A stretch of DNA of 60,616 nucleotides. Origin: an uncultured Dehalococcoidales bacterium (GTDB taxonomy: Bacteria > Chloroflexota > Dehalococcoidia > Dehalococcoidales > G020351185). Positions within the stretch are counted from its first letter, which is position 1; each line of letters opens with the position of its first letter. The notes beneath the pieces are model-generated. The model saw only the letters and a program-made list of their open reading frames with translations, had not been told where the DNA came from and ran no database searches. The DNA is taken from the NCBI GenBank assembly GCA_964354125.1, contig CAYGXW010000004.1, positions 1 through 60,616 of the forward strand, written 5' to 3'. Made by a program: the position numbers and the translations under genes. Shown here piece after piece: positions 9,943-18,746 of the stretch.

Positions 9943-10545
9943 TTATTCTTCAGTTCCTTTACTAGGCTTGCGAAACCATAAACCAATCACCGCATAGGAT
10001 GTTTGAGTATCCATTCCTTGAAGATCAATGCGGTTTATCCCAATTTCTTCATATGGGTAAGCGTCAGTAATTTTTTGAGATAGACCCTTAAACCCATCCA
10101 GTAGCCAATCTGGCTGCCACTCCTCAGGTTTACTGAAGCCGATTGCTATCAACCCATTATGCTTATTTTGCGGGTCAGTATCGCCATTAAGTTTCTTGAT
10201 ATCTTCAATTGCATCAGCATAGTAATACTGATAATCTCTGCCCCAGGCAGTCGTCTTTAGTTCAAGGTACACATATTCTTTGCTTGCAGGCAACCAGATA
10301 CCGAAGTCTGGACGCCGCTTCTTCGTTCCACTAGGAAAATAAGCATCAAGCTGTACACCGAACCCCACTGAACGAAGGTGTAAAGCCAGCGATGAAGCTA
10401 TTCCTATCTCCCGCTCATTTGTTATAGAGAAGTTTTGACCAGTCGTTAAATGAGCTAGGTTACGTTGCCGCACTTCTTGGCGAAGTCCATCACAAAGTGC
10501 ATCAAAAAGAATCTGTAGCTCTTTTTTCATTTTTCCTTCAAGCAT
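9943..10545 (-). CDS. Orphan PD-(D/E)XK-like nuclease-fold protein
   Basis: E...RRPDF-x-YLELK arrangement; AT-richer insertion between valS and coaBC. Confidence 0.55.
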   Translation of the reverse strand: MLEGKMKKELQILFDALCDGLRQEVRQRNLAHLTTGQNFSITNEREIGIASSLALHLRSVGFGVQLDAYFPSGTKKRRPDFGIWLPASKEYVYLELKTTAWGRDYQYYYADAIEDIKKLNGDTDPQNKHNGLIAIGFSKPEEWQPDWLLDGFKGLSQKITDAYPYEEIGINRIDLQGMDTQTSYAVIGLWFRKPSKGTEE

Positions 10546-10587
10546 GCTAAGTAGCTATTGACAATTTCATTAAATTTGTTATTCTTT

Positions 10588-10632
10588 ATCTAGAATCACG
10601 ACATCTAGAATCACGACATCTAGAATCACGAC
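10588..10632. repeat. Perfect tandem repeat, 3 x 15 bp (ATCTAGAATCACGAC)
   Basis: Three exact units read directly from the sequence. Confidence 0.95.
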
Positions 10633-10633
10633 G

Positions 10634-10679
10634 AAAAGCACCCTGTGAGGTTCCGTCCTTACAGGGGGCTTTTTCTTTT
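10634..10679. terminator. Probably bidirectional intrinsic terminator
   Basis: AAAAGC-a-CCCTGTGAGG-ttccgt-CCTTACAGGG-g-GCTTTTTCTTTT; lies just past the coaBC stop. Confidence 0.7.
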
Positions 10680-10710
10680 ATGTTCAAATTTAATATTTTA
10701 TACCAAACTC

Positions 10711-11913
10711 CTACTTCCCAGTTTTCTTATCTAAAATCCCTACCACCCTATCTAAAACTCTATCCGCCACCTCTCGTTTGCTCAGCAAGGGCAAGTCTTC
10801 AACCTTACCGCTTTTATCTATTATAGTTACTTTATTGGTGTCAGTGCCGAAGCCGCTGTCTTTATCGGTAATATCATTAGCCACGATAAAGTCAAGCCCT
10901 TTTTGCTGAAGCTTCTTCTTAGCATTGGCAATTAAGTCCTCGCTTTCGGCGGCAAAGCCGACTTTAACAAAATCACCCTTTATTTCAGCCAGAATGTCTG
11001 GTGTTCTGGTTAGCTCTAAATTCAATTCAGGAGTTATTTCCTTTTTAATTTTAGCTTTTATCTCACTCTTGGGCTGATAATCAGCCACCGCCGCCGCCAT
11101 AATCAGGGCATCGGCATTTTTAACTGCCTTGTCTACCGCCTGCCTCATCTCAAGAGCGGTTTCAACTGTAATAACCTCCATGCCAACCGTCTCCGGCAGG
11201 CAGGTGACAGTGGTAATTAACTTGACCTCAGCCCCTCTATCCCTGGCAGCTGAAGCTAATGCATAGCCCATCTTGCCCGAGGAGCGGTTGCCAATGTAGC
11301 GAACCGGGTCAATCGCCTCCCGTGTGCCGCCGGCGGTAACCACAATACACTTACCTGCCAGGTCACCACCCCGACCCAGCACCTGCTTGATGGTGCCGAT
11401 GATTTCTTCGGTATCAGCCAGCCGGCCAAGCCCCATTTTGCCCGATGCCAGGCGGCCATAGCCGGGGCCAACAACAATAAAACCCCTGGCTTTAAGCTTT
11501 GCCAGGTTCTCCTGCGTAATCGGATTATTAAACATATTTTCATTCATTGCCGGTGCCAGAATAACCGGTGCCTTGGTCGCCAGCACAGTACAGGTAAGCA
11601 TATCGTCGGCTATACCAACCGCCAGATGAGCAATAATACTGGCCGTTGCCGGGGCAATAACCACCACATCAGCCGCCTCGGCCAGCGCTACATGTTCAAT
11701 ATTGAACTCTGAAGTCAATTCCCACATGCTGGTTACCACTGGCCGACCGGTAATACTGCGCAGGGTCAGTGGGGTGATAAACCTAGTGGCTGAATCGGTC
11801 ATGACCACCTCAACCCTAGCCCCAGCCTGGGTTAGCTTGCTGACAATATCAGCCGCTTTATAGGCGGCGATACTCCCGGTTATACCCAGCACCACGGTCT
11901 TTCCCTTAAGCAA
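10711..11913 (-). CDS. coaBC: Bifunctional phosphopantothenoylcysteine decarboxylase/ligase
   Basis: GITGSIAAYK, APAMN, TREAIDPVRYIGNRSSGKMG and GFAAES motifs. Confidence 0.97.
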   Translation of the reverse strand: MLKGKTVVLGITGSIAAYKAADIVSKLTQAGARVEVVMTDSATRFITPLTLRSITGRPVVTSMWELTSEFNIEHVALAEAADVVVIAPATASIIAHLAVGIADDMLTCTVLATKAPVILAPAMNENMFNNPITQENLAKLKARGFIVVGPGYGRLASGKMGLGRLADTEEIIGTIKQVLGRGGDLAGKCIVVTAGGTREAIDPVRYIGNRSSGKMGYALASAARDRGAEVKLITTVTCLPETVGMEVITVETALEMRQAVDKAVKNADALIMAAAVADYQPKSEIKAKIKKEITPELNLELTRTPDILAEIKGDFVKVGFAAESEDLIANAKKKLQQKGLDFIVANDITDKDSGFGTDTNKVTIIDKSGKVEDLPLLSKREVADRVLDRVVGILDKKTGK

Positions 11914-11995
11914 TTTAACTCCTTAAAAAATAGAAAAGATTCCCATTAAAAGGCATACCACTAAGTCTACCCCTTAAAAGGAGACTCCTGCAAGG

Positions 11996-12763
11996 TTATG
12001 CCCTGTTCATTTGATAAACGAGCCTCAGCCCGATTAATGTCAGATTAGGATTTACCTCATCTATTACCCTGGTCTCTTTAGCTATCAATTCAGCATAACC
12101 CCCGGTGGCTACCACTTTGGTTTTTGTTCCTAACTCTCTCTGAATACGGGCGACCATCCCTTCAACCAGTGCCACATAGCCAAAAACAATACCCGACTTC
12201 ATAGCATCAATGGTATTGGTGCCAATAACACGGCTGGGACGAGCCAGTTCAATATGCGGTAGCATTGCCGCCCGGCGGAACATAGCCTCGGCTGATGTAA
12301 GCACACCAGGAGCTATAGCCCCGCCCAGGTAATCACCCTTTTTTGATACTGTATCAAAGGTGGTGGCAGTACCCATGTCAACAACAATTACCGGACCACC
12401 ATAAAGATGGTGAGCGGCAACAGCATCTACAATGCGGTCAGCACCGACCTCTTTCGGGTTATCCATACAAATACGCACCCCAGTCTTAATCCCAGCCGCC
12501 ACCACCATCGGTGAGATGCCGAAGTGCCGCTGAAACATCTCCTCATAGATAGAAGTTAGCGGTGGCACAACACTGCACAAGGCGACCTCTTTTATATCAC
12601 TGGTACTCAAACCTTGATTGCTTAGTAGGTTAAGCAATAAGATGGCATGCTCATCCGCTGTCCGGTGAATAACTGTCGCCGTATGCCAGGTAGAGCTAAG
12701 CTCATCGCCCTTAAAAGTACCCAGGGTTGTTATGGTATTACCAATATCAACTGCTAGTAACAT
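11996..12763 (-). CDS. coaX: Type III pantothenate kinase
   Basis: VDIGNT, GADR, VVDMGTATT and GGAIAPG motifs. Confidence 0.96.
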   Translation of the reverse strand: MLLAVDIGNTITTLGTFKGDELSSTWHTATVIHRTADEHAILLLNLLSNQGLSTSDIKEVALCSVVPPLTSIYEEMFQRHFGISPMVVAAGIKTGVRICMDNPKEVGADRIVDAVAAHHLYGGPVIVVDMGTATTFDTVSKKGDYLGGAIAPGVLTSAEAMFRRAAMLPHIELARPSRVIGTNTIDAMKSGIVFGYVALVEGMVARIQRELGTKTKVVATGGYAELIAKETRVIDEVNPNLTLIGLRLVYQMNRA

Positions 12764-12775
12764 AGTATTTTATCA

Positions 12776-13040
12776 ACCTCTCCTCAAGTGTGGTGGGTGG
12801 GTATAGATAATAAAAACGATATTAATACTTCTTATCTACCTTACCCCCTTTATCCCCCTCTCCTCACAGGAGAGGGGGAGTATTTATCTGGAGGGACTAC
12901 GTCCCTCCAAGCCTCCCTTTAGCTATATCTTAGGTTTTACCCCCTCTCTTCTCTTTATTCCCCCCTTCCCTTGCCAAGGGAAGGGGGCTAGGGGGATGGA
13001 TTGTTAGGGGAGGCAAAGCCTCTCTTTAGCTCTCCCTGAC
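12776..13040. repeat. Palindromic repeat element, copy C (composite, four hairpins)
   Basis: CCCCCTCTCCT-cac-AGGAGAGGGGG, TGGAGGGAC-tac-GTCCCTCCA, CCCCCTTCCCTT-gcc-AAGGGAAGGGGG and GAGGC-aaa-GCCTC. Confidence 0.8.
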
Positions 13041-14582
13041 TCATCCCTTTTTTAATCCCTTAATTACCTTTGGTAACACCGGCAGCAAATCACTGGCAAT
13101 CATACCGGTATCGCCCAGCTCAGCCTTAACCATTTCACCAGCCTGAGCATGGAGCCAGACACCCAGTGTAGCGGCATCAAAAAGGTTTAACCCCTGTACC
13201 AGAAGCCCGGCAATAGCCCCAGCCAGGACATCACCTGTGCCGGCTGATGCCAGCCCGGCATTGGCTATCGGGCTAATCCGGCACCGTCCATCTGAGGCGG
13301 CAACAACAGTGTAGGCTCCCTTAAGGATAACCGTCTTCCCCCAATCTGAAGCTACCCTTTTAGCCGTGCCAGCCCTATCAGTCTGTATCTCAGCCACCGA
13401 AATCCCTGTTAACCTAGCCATCTCACCGGGGTGTGGAGTGAGTATGGCATCACCAGTGAGCTTTTGCCACCAGCCTGAAATTTTAGCCAGTGTATTTATG
13501 GCATCAGCATCGAGTACCAATGGTGGCAGTATTAATTCTTGCTGGAAGAGAACCGACCTAACAAAACTCATAATCTGTTCACTCTGCCCCAACCCACAGC
13601 CCAAAAGCAGAGCTTGATAATTCTTTAATTCGTTTAATATTAATTCAGCCGCTTTATCTGAAATAACACCCGGGCTGGATTCGGGTAACGGCAGATAGGT
13701 TGTCTCTGTTAGCTTGGCTGCCAGAATCGGCTGAAGGCTACTGGCTGTAGCCAGGGTTACCAATCCAGCGCCGACCCTCATAGCACCACTACAAGCTAAA
13801 TAAGCAGCGCCAATATAGTTTATTGAGTCGGCAACAACCAGCACCCGGCCAAAGCTACCCTTATTGGCTTCAAGCGGGCGTCTGGGCAAAACTGACCTAG
13901 CCCATTCACTAGTAATCAACTCCATTGCCGCGTCTTTTACCAGATACTCGGGTATGCCGATATCAACTATAGTTATTTGCCCAGCCCTCCCCGCTCCGGG
14001 TGAGTTATATAAACCTGGTTTTGGGAAACCAAGGGTAATAGTATGGTCAACATAAAGGCAGGCCGGGTCGCAGATGCCGCTATCGGCGTCAAGCCCGGAT
14101 GGTAGGTCCAGGGTAATTATCTTAAGCTCTGGACGACTCATTTTAGCACCAGTTACCTGCTCCAGTGCCTGCTTAAAGACACCACCAAGCGGACGGCTTC
14201 TGCCAGTGCCAAATAGAGCATCAATAACAGCCTCAGCCGATGGCAGTAGCTGGCTAAGCCTATCCAGATTCTCATAACAGGCTACACCACGCTGTCGCAC
14301 CAGCTTCAGGTTCGGGTCATCCTCCTGCCTCTGCCCGAGGAGAAACAGGCTGACCTTCGCCCCCCAATCATATAGGTGCCTGGCGGCAACCAAGCCATCG
14401 CCACCGTTGTTTCCCGGCCCTATCAGCAGGATAATGTGTTTCTGGCTAGTACCGCCCAGGATTTGCCTGACTTCCTCGGCTACCGCCCGGCCGGCATTCT
14501 CTATAAGTATATCGGTGGTAATGCCAATCCGGGCGCATTCCTGCTCCGCCTGGTGCATCTCATCTGAAGTTAAAATTTTCAC
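13041..14582 (-). CDS. nnr: Bifunctional NAD(P)H-hydrate epimerase/dehydratase
   Basis: GPGNNGGDG, DLPSG, LTPHPGEMARL and LASAGTGDVLAG motifs. Confidence 0.95.
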   Translation of the reverse strand: MKILTSDEMHQAEQECARIGITTDILIENAGRAVAEEVRQILGGTSQKHIILLIGPGNNGGDGLVAARHLYDWGAKVSLFLLGQRQEDDPNLKLVRQRGVACYENLDRLSQLLPSAEAVIDALFGTGRSRPLGGVFKQALEQVTGAKMSRPELKIITLDLPSGLDADSGICDPACLYVDHTITLGFPKPGLYNSPGAGRAGQITIVDIGIPEYLVKDAAMELITSEWARSVLPRRPLEANKGSFGRVLVVADSINYIGAAYLACSGAMRVGAGLVTLATASSLQPILAAKLTETTYLPLPESSPGVISDKAAELILNELKNYQALLLGCGLGQSEQIMSFVRSVLFQQELILPPLVLDADAINTLAKISGWWQKLTGDAILTPHPGEMARLTGISVAEIQTDRAGTAKRVASDWGKTVILKGAYTVVAASDGRCRISPIANAGLASAGTGDVLAGAIAGLLVQGLNLFDAATLGVWLHAQAGEMVKAELGDTGMIASDLLPVLPKVIKGLKKG

Positions 14583-14647
14583 GGTACTCTCACCTAAAGA
14601 TTATTCCAGAGTTTAACAATACCCTGACAAAGGGTCAACATTTTTAA

Positions 14648-15247
14648 CTACGGAAACCTATTTCTGTGTATAACATCCTCCAGCCTTCTCTTGGGGATGT
14701 GACGCACACCCTTGCTATCAACCCAGCGTTTAATTGAGTCGGTAGCAACCTCCACCACCGGGTTCTCATCAGGGTAGCCCAACGCCAGCATTATAGCAAT
14801 ATCATATTTATTTGGTATGTTTAACACCTGTCTCAGTTTGTCTGGCTCAAACCCGGTTATAGGGCAGCTACCAACCCCCTGCTCCAGAGCCGCCAGAATC
14901 ATATTCTCAGCCGCCAGAGCGACATCGTAATTCGTGTTTTTCCTAACAGCACCCATCTCAGCCTCCAGCGGAATATTCATCAGGATAACAATATAGGCTT
15001 TAGGCCGGCGTCCCGGCGGCCATCCGTCTTTTGGCCTTGGCACCCCAGCCCAGCTTATCACAGCATCAAAAACCAGTGATAATAACTTTTTATCATCAAC
15101 GATTATATACTCACAGAGCTGGCAATTCATAGCCGAAGGCGCCAGCCGGGCGGCATTGACGCATTTCTCAAGGACATCATAGGGAACGGGTATATCCCTA
15201 AACTCCCTTATTGACCGCCGCCTAGTTATCGCTTCATAGACGTCCAT
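14648..15247 (-). CDS. Nitroreductase family protein (start reassigned to the ATG at 15247)
   Basis: RRSIREF, LAPSAMNCQ and GVGSC motifs; TAATG coupling to the upstream gene supports the MDVYEAI start. Confidence 0.88.
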   Translation of the reverse strand: MDVYEAITRRRSIREFRDIPVPYDVLEKCVNAARLAPSAMNCQLCEYIIVDDKKLLSLVFDAVISWAGVPRPKDGWPPGRRPKAYIVILMNIPLEAEMGAVRKNTNYDVALAAENMILAALEQGVGSCPITGFEPDKLRQVLNIPNKYDIAIMLALGYPDENPVVEVATDSIKRWVDSKGVRHIPKRRLEDVIHRNRFP

Positions 15248-15750
15248 TATCTTGTCTCCTCTTCCCGATATGACATAAATCTCTCTAATTTCTTGGTCAT
15301 GGCTCGCCAGTGAGTGCCCCGCCAGTAGATTCTGTGGCAGGAAAGACACTCCATATACTGCTTCTGTGTCTTGAAAACATAGGGCGGCACCCGCTCCTTG
15401 ACCTGCTCCTTGCTTTTCTCAATAAGGGGCTGGTTACATTCCAGACATAATGAAAAAGGCTTAAAATTAATCTCTAGATTCAGTGCCCCTATCACCTGTT
15501 TTAGCTGTAACTCGGGCTTATCGCTACCAATAAGTACAGCCTTGAGCCGACCGGTGGTCACCAGCCGTCTTTTCACAATCTGGGTGTCTCTGGTTAGAAG
15601 CACCCGGCTCTCGGCAAGAGCAGTGGCAATCATGCCCGAGTCGTCGCTGCCTGAAAAAAACAGGGTATCATAACCCATCATCCTCAGCCACTTAGCCAGC
15701 TTACCTACATTGTGGTCAACTATAAACTTGGCAGCAGTTACCAGCCTCAC
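15247..15750 (-). CDS. Mut7-C RNase domain (DUF82-like) protein
   Basis: KFIVDHNVGKLAKWLRMMGYD, LLTRD, CLECN...CLSCHRIYWRGTH. Confidence 0.88.
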   Translation of the reverse strand: MRLVTAAKFIVDHNVGKLAKWLRMMGYDTLFFSGSDDSGMIATALAESRVLLTRDTQIVKRRLVTTGRLKAVLIGSDKPELQLKQVIGALNLEINFKPFSLCLECNQPLIEKSKEQVKERVPPYVFKTQKQYMECLSCHRIYWRGTHWRAMTKKLERFMSYREEETR

Positions 15751-15763
15751 CCCCCTTAACCTA

Positions 15764-16534
15764 TTATAGTGAAAGTTGTTGTCCTTCGTAAGCCAGGGTA
15801 ATTGAATTACCCAGCTCCTTGGCTATGGTTGCTATTCCAGCCTCAATCTCCGCCTCCAGATTAGGATTCATATGGACGGCAATTACTTGAGGCAGATAGC
15901 CCCTAACCTTTTGAAAGCTTAATAGTTCCTCCTTCAGCAGGCTGGGGGTCAGATGACCCTTTTCTCTGCCGAATTCTTCAAACCTGTTTGGGGCGGTAAC
16001 TTCAATAACCACTAGTTTAGGGGAAATATACTCCCAACATCCAGCCAATCCTGGCCCAGTGTCTCCAGCATAGAAGAGCTTTTTGCCATCTTTAGAGGTT
16101 ATATAATAGCCAACAGCCGGCACCGAGTGGCTGAGTGGCAACGGCAAAACATCATAGCCCCCAATTTGGATTTCCTGATAGGGCTCCACTACATGGAAAT
16201 TGATAGTTACCTTACCTTCTGGCTCATCCAGGAATCTGGGATAGAGGTTACCGTTAAGTTGGTGACTGGCAATAGCTTCATGCACCGACGATATAGAATA
16301 AACATCAATTGTAGCCTTTTTAAGGAAAAGGTTCATGGCTATCAGCGGGATGTCTTTAATATGGTCATAGTGCTGATGGGTAATTAAAATTGCCCTGAGC
16401 TTTAACTGTTCTGAAAAGCTCAGGCTTGAGGTAAGCCCGCCGGCATCCAGAGCCAGAACACCATCAATTAGCAGGTTGACCAGTTTCGTGCTCAATGATT
16501 CGGTGTTGTGCGCCCCCAAGAACTTTATTTTCAT
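15764..16534 (-). CDS. Metallo-beta-lactamase-fold hydrolase, cyclic-nucleotide phosphodiesterase-like
   Basis: THQHYDH, HSVPAVGY, GDTG and GHLTP motifs. Confidence 0.8.
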   Translation of the reverse strand: MKIKFLGAHNTESLSTKLVNLLIDGVLALDAGGLTSSLSFSEQLKLRAILITHQHYDHIKDIPLIAMNLFLKKATIDVYSISSVHEAIASHQLNGNLYPRFLDEPEGKVTINFHVVEPYQEIQIGGYDVLPLPLSHSVPAVGYYITSKDGKKLFYAGDTGPGLAGCWEYISPKLVVIEVTAPNRFEEFGREKGHLTPSLLKEELLSFQKVRGYLPQVIAVHMNPNLEAEIEAGIATIAKELGNSITLAYEGQQLSL

Positions 16535-16566
16535 CTTTCAACTATCCTTGAAAAGGGTGTTAGTCT

Positions 16567-17238
16567 CTAACCTGAGAAGGAGAATGGGTTAAAGCTCGTC
16601 TGGTAGTCATATGCATCAACCCCCTCTTTCTTCTTCAGAAAGTTGACGGCAGTATAGGTAAAGGGAGTGGCGACAGCCTCAATGGCTGTCTTGACCAACC
16701 AGTGATAGAGAATCATTATTGGCACAAACGATGAGGTGCCAATGTAAGCAATAGTAATGAATATAGATGTGTCCAGTCCCTGCCCAATTATTGTGGAACC
16801 GATAGTCCTGCTCCACAACCAGCGTCCTCTTGTGGCAATCTTCATCTTGGCCAGGACGAAGGAATTGGCAAACTCCCCAACGAGGTAGCCACAGAAGGAA
16901 GCGGCGAGCAGTCTTGGTGCATAGCCCAGAATGCTCTTATATGCCTCTTGCCCTCCCCAGAAGGTTGCCTGAGGTAGCTTGAGTCCCAGCCAGGCAAAGA
17001 AAACGAAGATAAGGTTACACAGAAAGCCTAACCAGATGACTCTCCTCGCCCAGCGATAACCATAGACTTCGGTCAGGATATCGCCAAAGACATAGCTTAT
17101 CGGGAAAACAATGATAGCTGCTGGTAGGACAAGAGAGCCGATGCTTATTAACTTCACCGCAATGATATTAGCCGTGATAAGGCAGGTAACAAAGATAGCG
17201 GCAATAACCACAAACCGATGAGAGATATTCATTACCAA
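16567..17238 (-). CDS. Queuosine precursor transporter (YhhQ/VUT family)
   Basis: DILTEVYG and RTIGSTIIGQGLDT motifs; multi-TM. Confidence 0.88.
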   Translation of the reverse strand: MVMNISHRFVVIAAIFVTCLITANIIAVKLISIGSLVLPAAIIVFPISYVFGDILTEVYGYRWARRVIWLGFLCNLIFVFFAWLGLKLPQATFWGGQEAYKSILGYAPRLLAASFCGYLVGEFANSFVLAKMKIATRGRWLWSRTIGSTIIGQGLDTSIFITIAYIGTSSFVPIMILYHWLVKTAIEAVATPFTYTAVNFLKKKEGVDAYDYQTSFNPFSFSG

Positions 17239-17264
17239 CGCCCTACCAGCTCTATATGCTGTTA

Positions 17265-18218
17265 CTAAATCCAGTGCCGGCGGCGGAAGAAGTAGAGCAT
17301 ACCCCCGGCTATTAGCAACATAGCTACTATTAGCAGGATGAAAGTTTGAGGACCACCTTTCTCTATACCGCCGGGTAAAGCTACATTCATCCCGTAAATA
17401 CTGGCAACCACGATAAAGGGCATAAGAATAGTAGATAAAACAGTCAAGACACGCAAGACCCGATTAAGGTGCTCGGTACTCAAAACGTAGTCACTGTCTT
17501 TAAATACTTCAATGACTTCCTTGCATTCCTCCAGGGTATCCCAGACTTTATCCATATGGTCTATCATATCCCCGAAGTAAACAGCTAAATCCATCCTATT
17601 AAAACGGCGGAGCTTGGGTTCCAGACTGCCAATGACCGCCCTCATCGGCCAGATGATACGGCGTTGAGCGATAACACTGCGCCGCAGGGTGGCAAGCTCC
17701 TCGGCAACCGAGACCCTTTCATCAAAGACACTATCTTCCACATTCTCCATTGCCTCCAGAGTCTTGTCCAGGATAGGGAATAGATAGTCCACCAGCCTAT
17801 CAATGATGCGGTAGAGTAGATAGCCAGAGCCCTGGCTAAAATATGTCTGGCGCGTCTCTTCTTCAATCTGGCACTGCCGAAACAGCTTGACCAGTGGTTT
17901 AAGTTCTCCATTGTGCAGGGTAACCAGATATTTTTCACCGACAAACACCGCTACCTGGCTGGCAGTAATTACATTCGCCTCTTTATGGAACCGAGGGAAA
18001 TGAAAGACCAAAAATAGATATTCTTTGTATTCATCTATCTTGGGGCGTTGTTTTCGGCTGAGGGTGTCATCCAGGTCAAGGGGATGGAAGGAGTAGTTTC
18101 TCGCCAGATACTCTATCTCTTTTTCTGTCGGTGGCTCGATGTCAACCCAGGTCAGGTCGCCCCAGGTCACCGATTCCATATTTAGCTGCTCTTCTTTTTT
18201 GATTTGGGGTATAGCCAT
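17265..18218 (-). CDS. corA: CorA-family magnesium transporter
   Basis: FHPLDLDD...QRPK, YGMN signature, two C-terminal TM helices. Confidence 0.93.
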   Translation of the reverse strand: MAIPQIKKEEQLNMESVTWGDLTWVDIEPPTEKEIEYLARNYSFHPLDLDDTLSRKQRPKIDEYKEYLFLVFHFPRFHKEANVITASQVAVFVGEKYLVTLHNGELKPLVKLFRQCQIEEETRQTYFSQGSGYLLYRIIDRLVDYLFPILDKTLEAMENVEDSVFDERVSVAEELATLRRSVIAQRRIIWPMRAVIGSLEPKLRRFNRMDLAVYFGDMIDHMDKVWDTLEECKEVIEVFKDSDYVLSTEHLNRVLRVLTVLSTILMPFIVVASIYGMNVALPGGIEKGGPQTFILLIVAMLLIAGGMLYFFRRRHWI

Positions 18219-18333
18219 GGTAGATCATCCTTTCATAAATTAGATAGACTATCCTAATTCTATCACATACTTTACCTTATATCACCAGAACTGATATAAT
18301 ACAAAGGTATTTTACTCCAAATTATTATCAAAA

Positions 18334-18498
18334 ATGAAGCCCCCTTTAAGCTATAGGATTATACTCAGGATTAAGAAGGCATTGGGAATTAATGTTTTCC
18401 TGTGTGATAGCTGCAAGTGGAACTGGCGCGGGGCGTGCCACATCCCGGAACGCCCCAACGCTACCTGGTGCCCGGATTACGAAAAAAGGGGGCGTTAA
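18334..18498 (+). CDS. 54-aa four-cysteine protein (not in the ORF track)
   Basis: Manual translation MKPPLSYRIILRIKKALGINVFLCDSCKWNWRGACHIPERPNATWCPDYEKRGR; upstream TGATATAAT extended -10. Confidence 0.6.
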   Translation: MKPPLSYRIILRIKKALGINVFLCDSCKWNWRGACHIPERPNATWCPDYEKRGR

Positions 18499-18525
18499 TA
18501 GCCTACCTTCCATTAGTAACCGTGA

Positions 18526-18554
18526 TTGACAATTCTAGGGTAGGATTATAAAAT
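18526..18554 (+). promoter_or_regulatory. Promoter of the tRNA
   Basis: TTGACA-17 bp-TAAAAT about 25 bp upstream of the tRNA. Confidence 0.65.
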
Positions 18555-18579
18555 GCTCAAGATTAACATAGGTCATTAT

Positions 18580-18651
18580 GGCAGCGTAGCTCAGGGGTAG
18601 AGCAGGGGACTCATAAGCCCTTGGTCGTTGGTTCAAATCCAATCGCTGCCA
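18580..18651 (+). tRNA. tRNA with CAT anticodon, probably tRNA-Ile2 (lysidine); CCA not encoded
   Basis: Acceptor stem GGCAGCG/CGCTGCC, D stem GCTC/GAGC, loop CTCATAA, T arm GTTGG-TTCAAAT-CCAAT; body resembles ileX-type tRNAs (recalled, not searched). Confidence 0.92.
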
Positions 18652-18746
18652 CTTCTAATATTGGAGGTATTTAACCCATTGACAACTTCCCTACCATTGA
18701 CGTGATATAATACCTTAATATTAACGAAAAACAAGGGTGATTTAAA

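Noticed and set aside
10588-10680. Type III toxin-antitoxin (ToxIN-like) repeat array
   Set aside because: Units are only 15 bp, and the order relative to the adjacent gene is wrong (no toxin gene follows the terminator on the same strand)
17239-17264. preQ1 riboswitch ahead of the queuosine precursor transporter
   Set aside because: Only 26 bp separate it from corA and no preQ1 motif is visible
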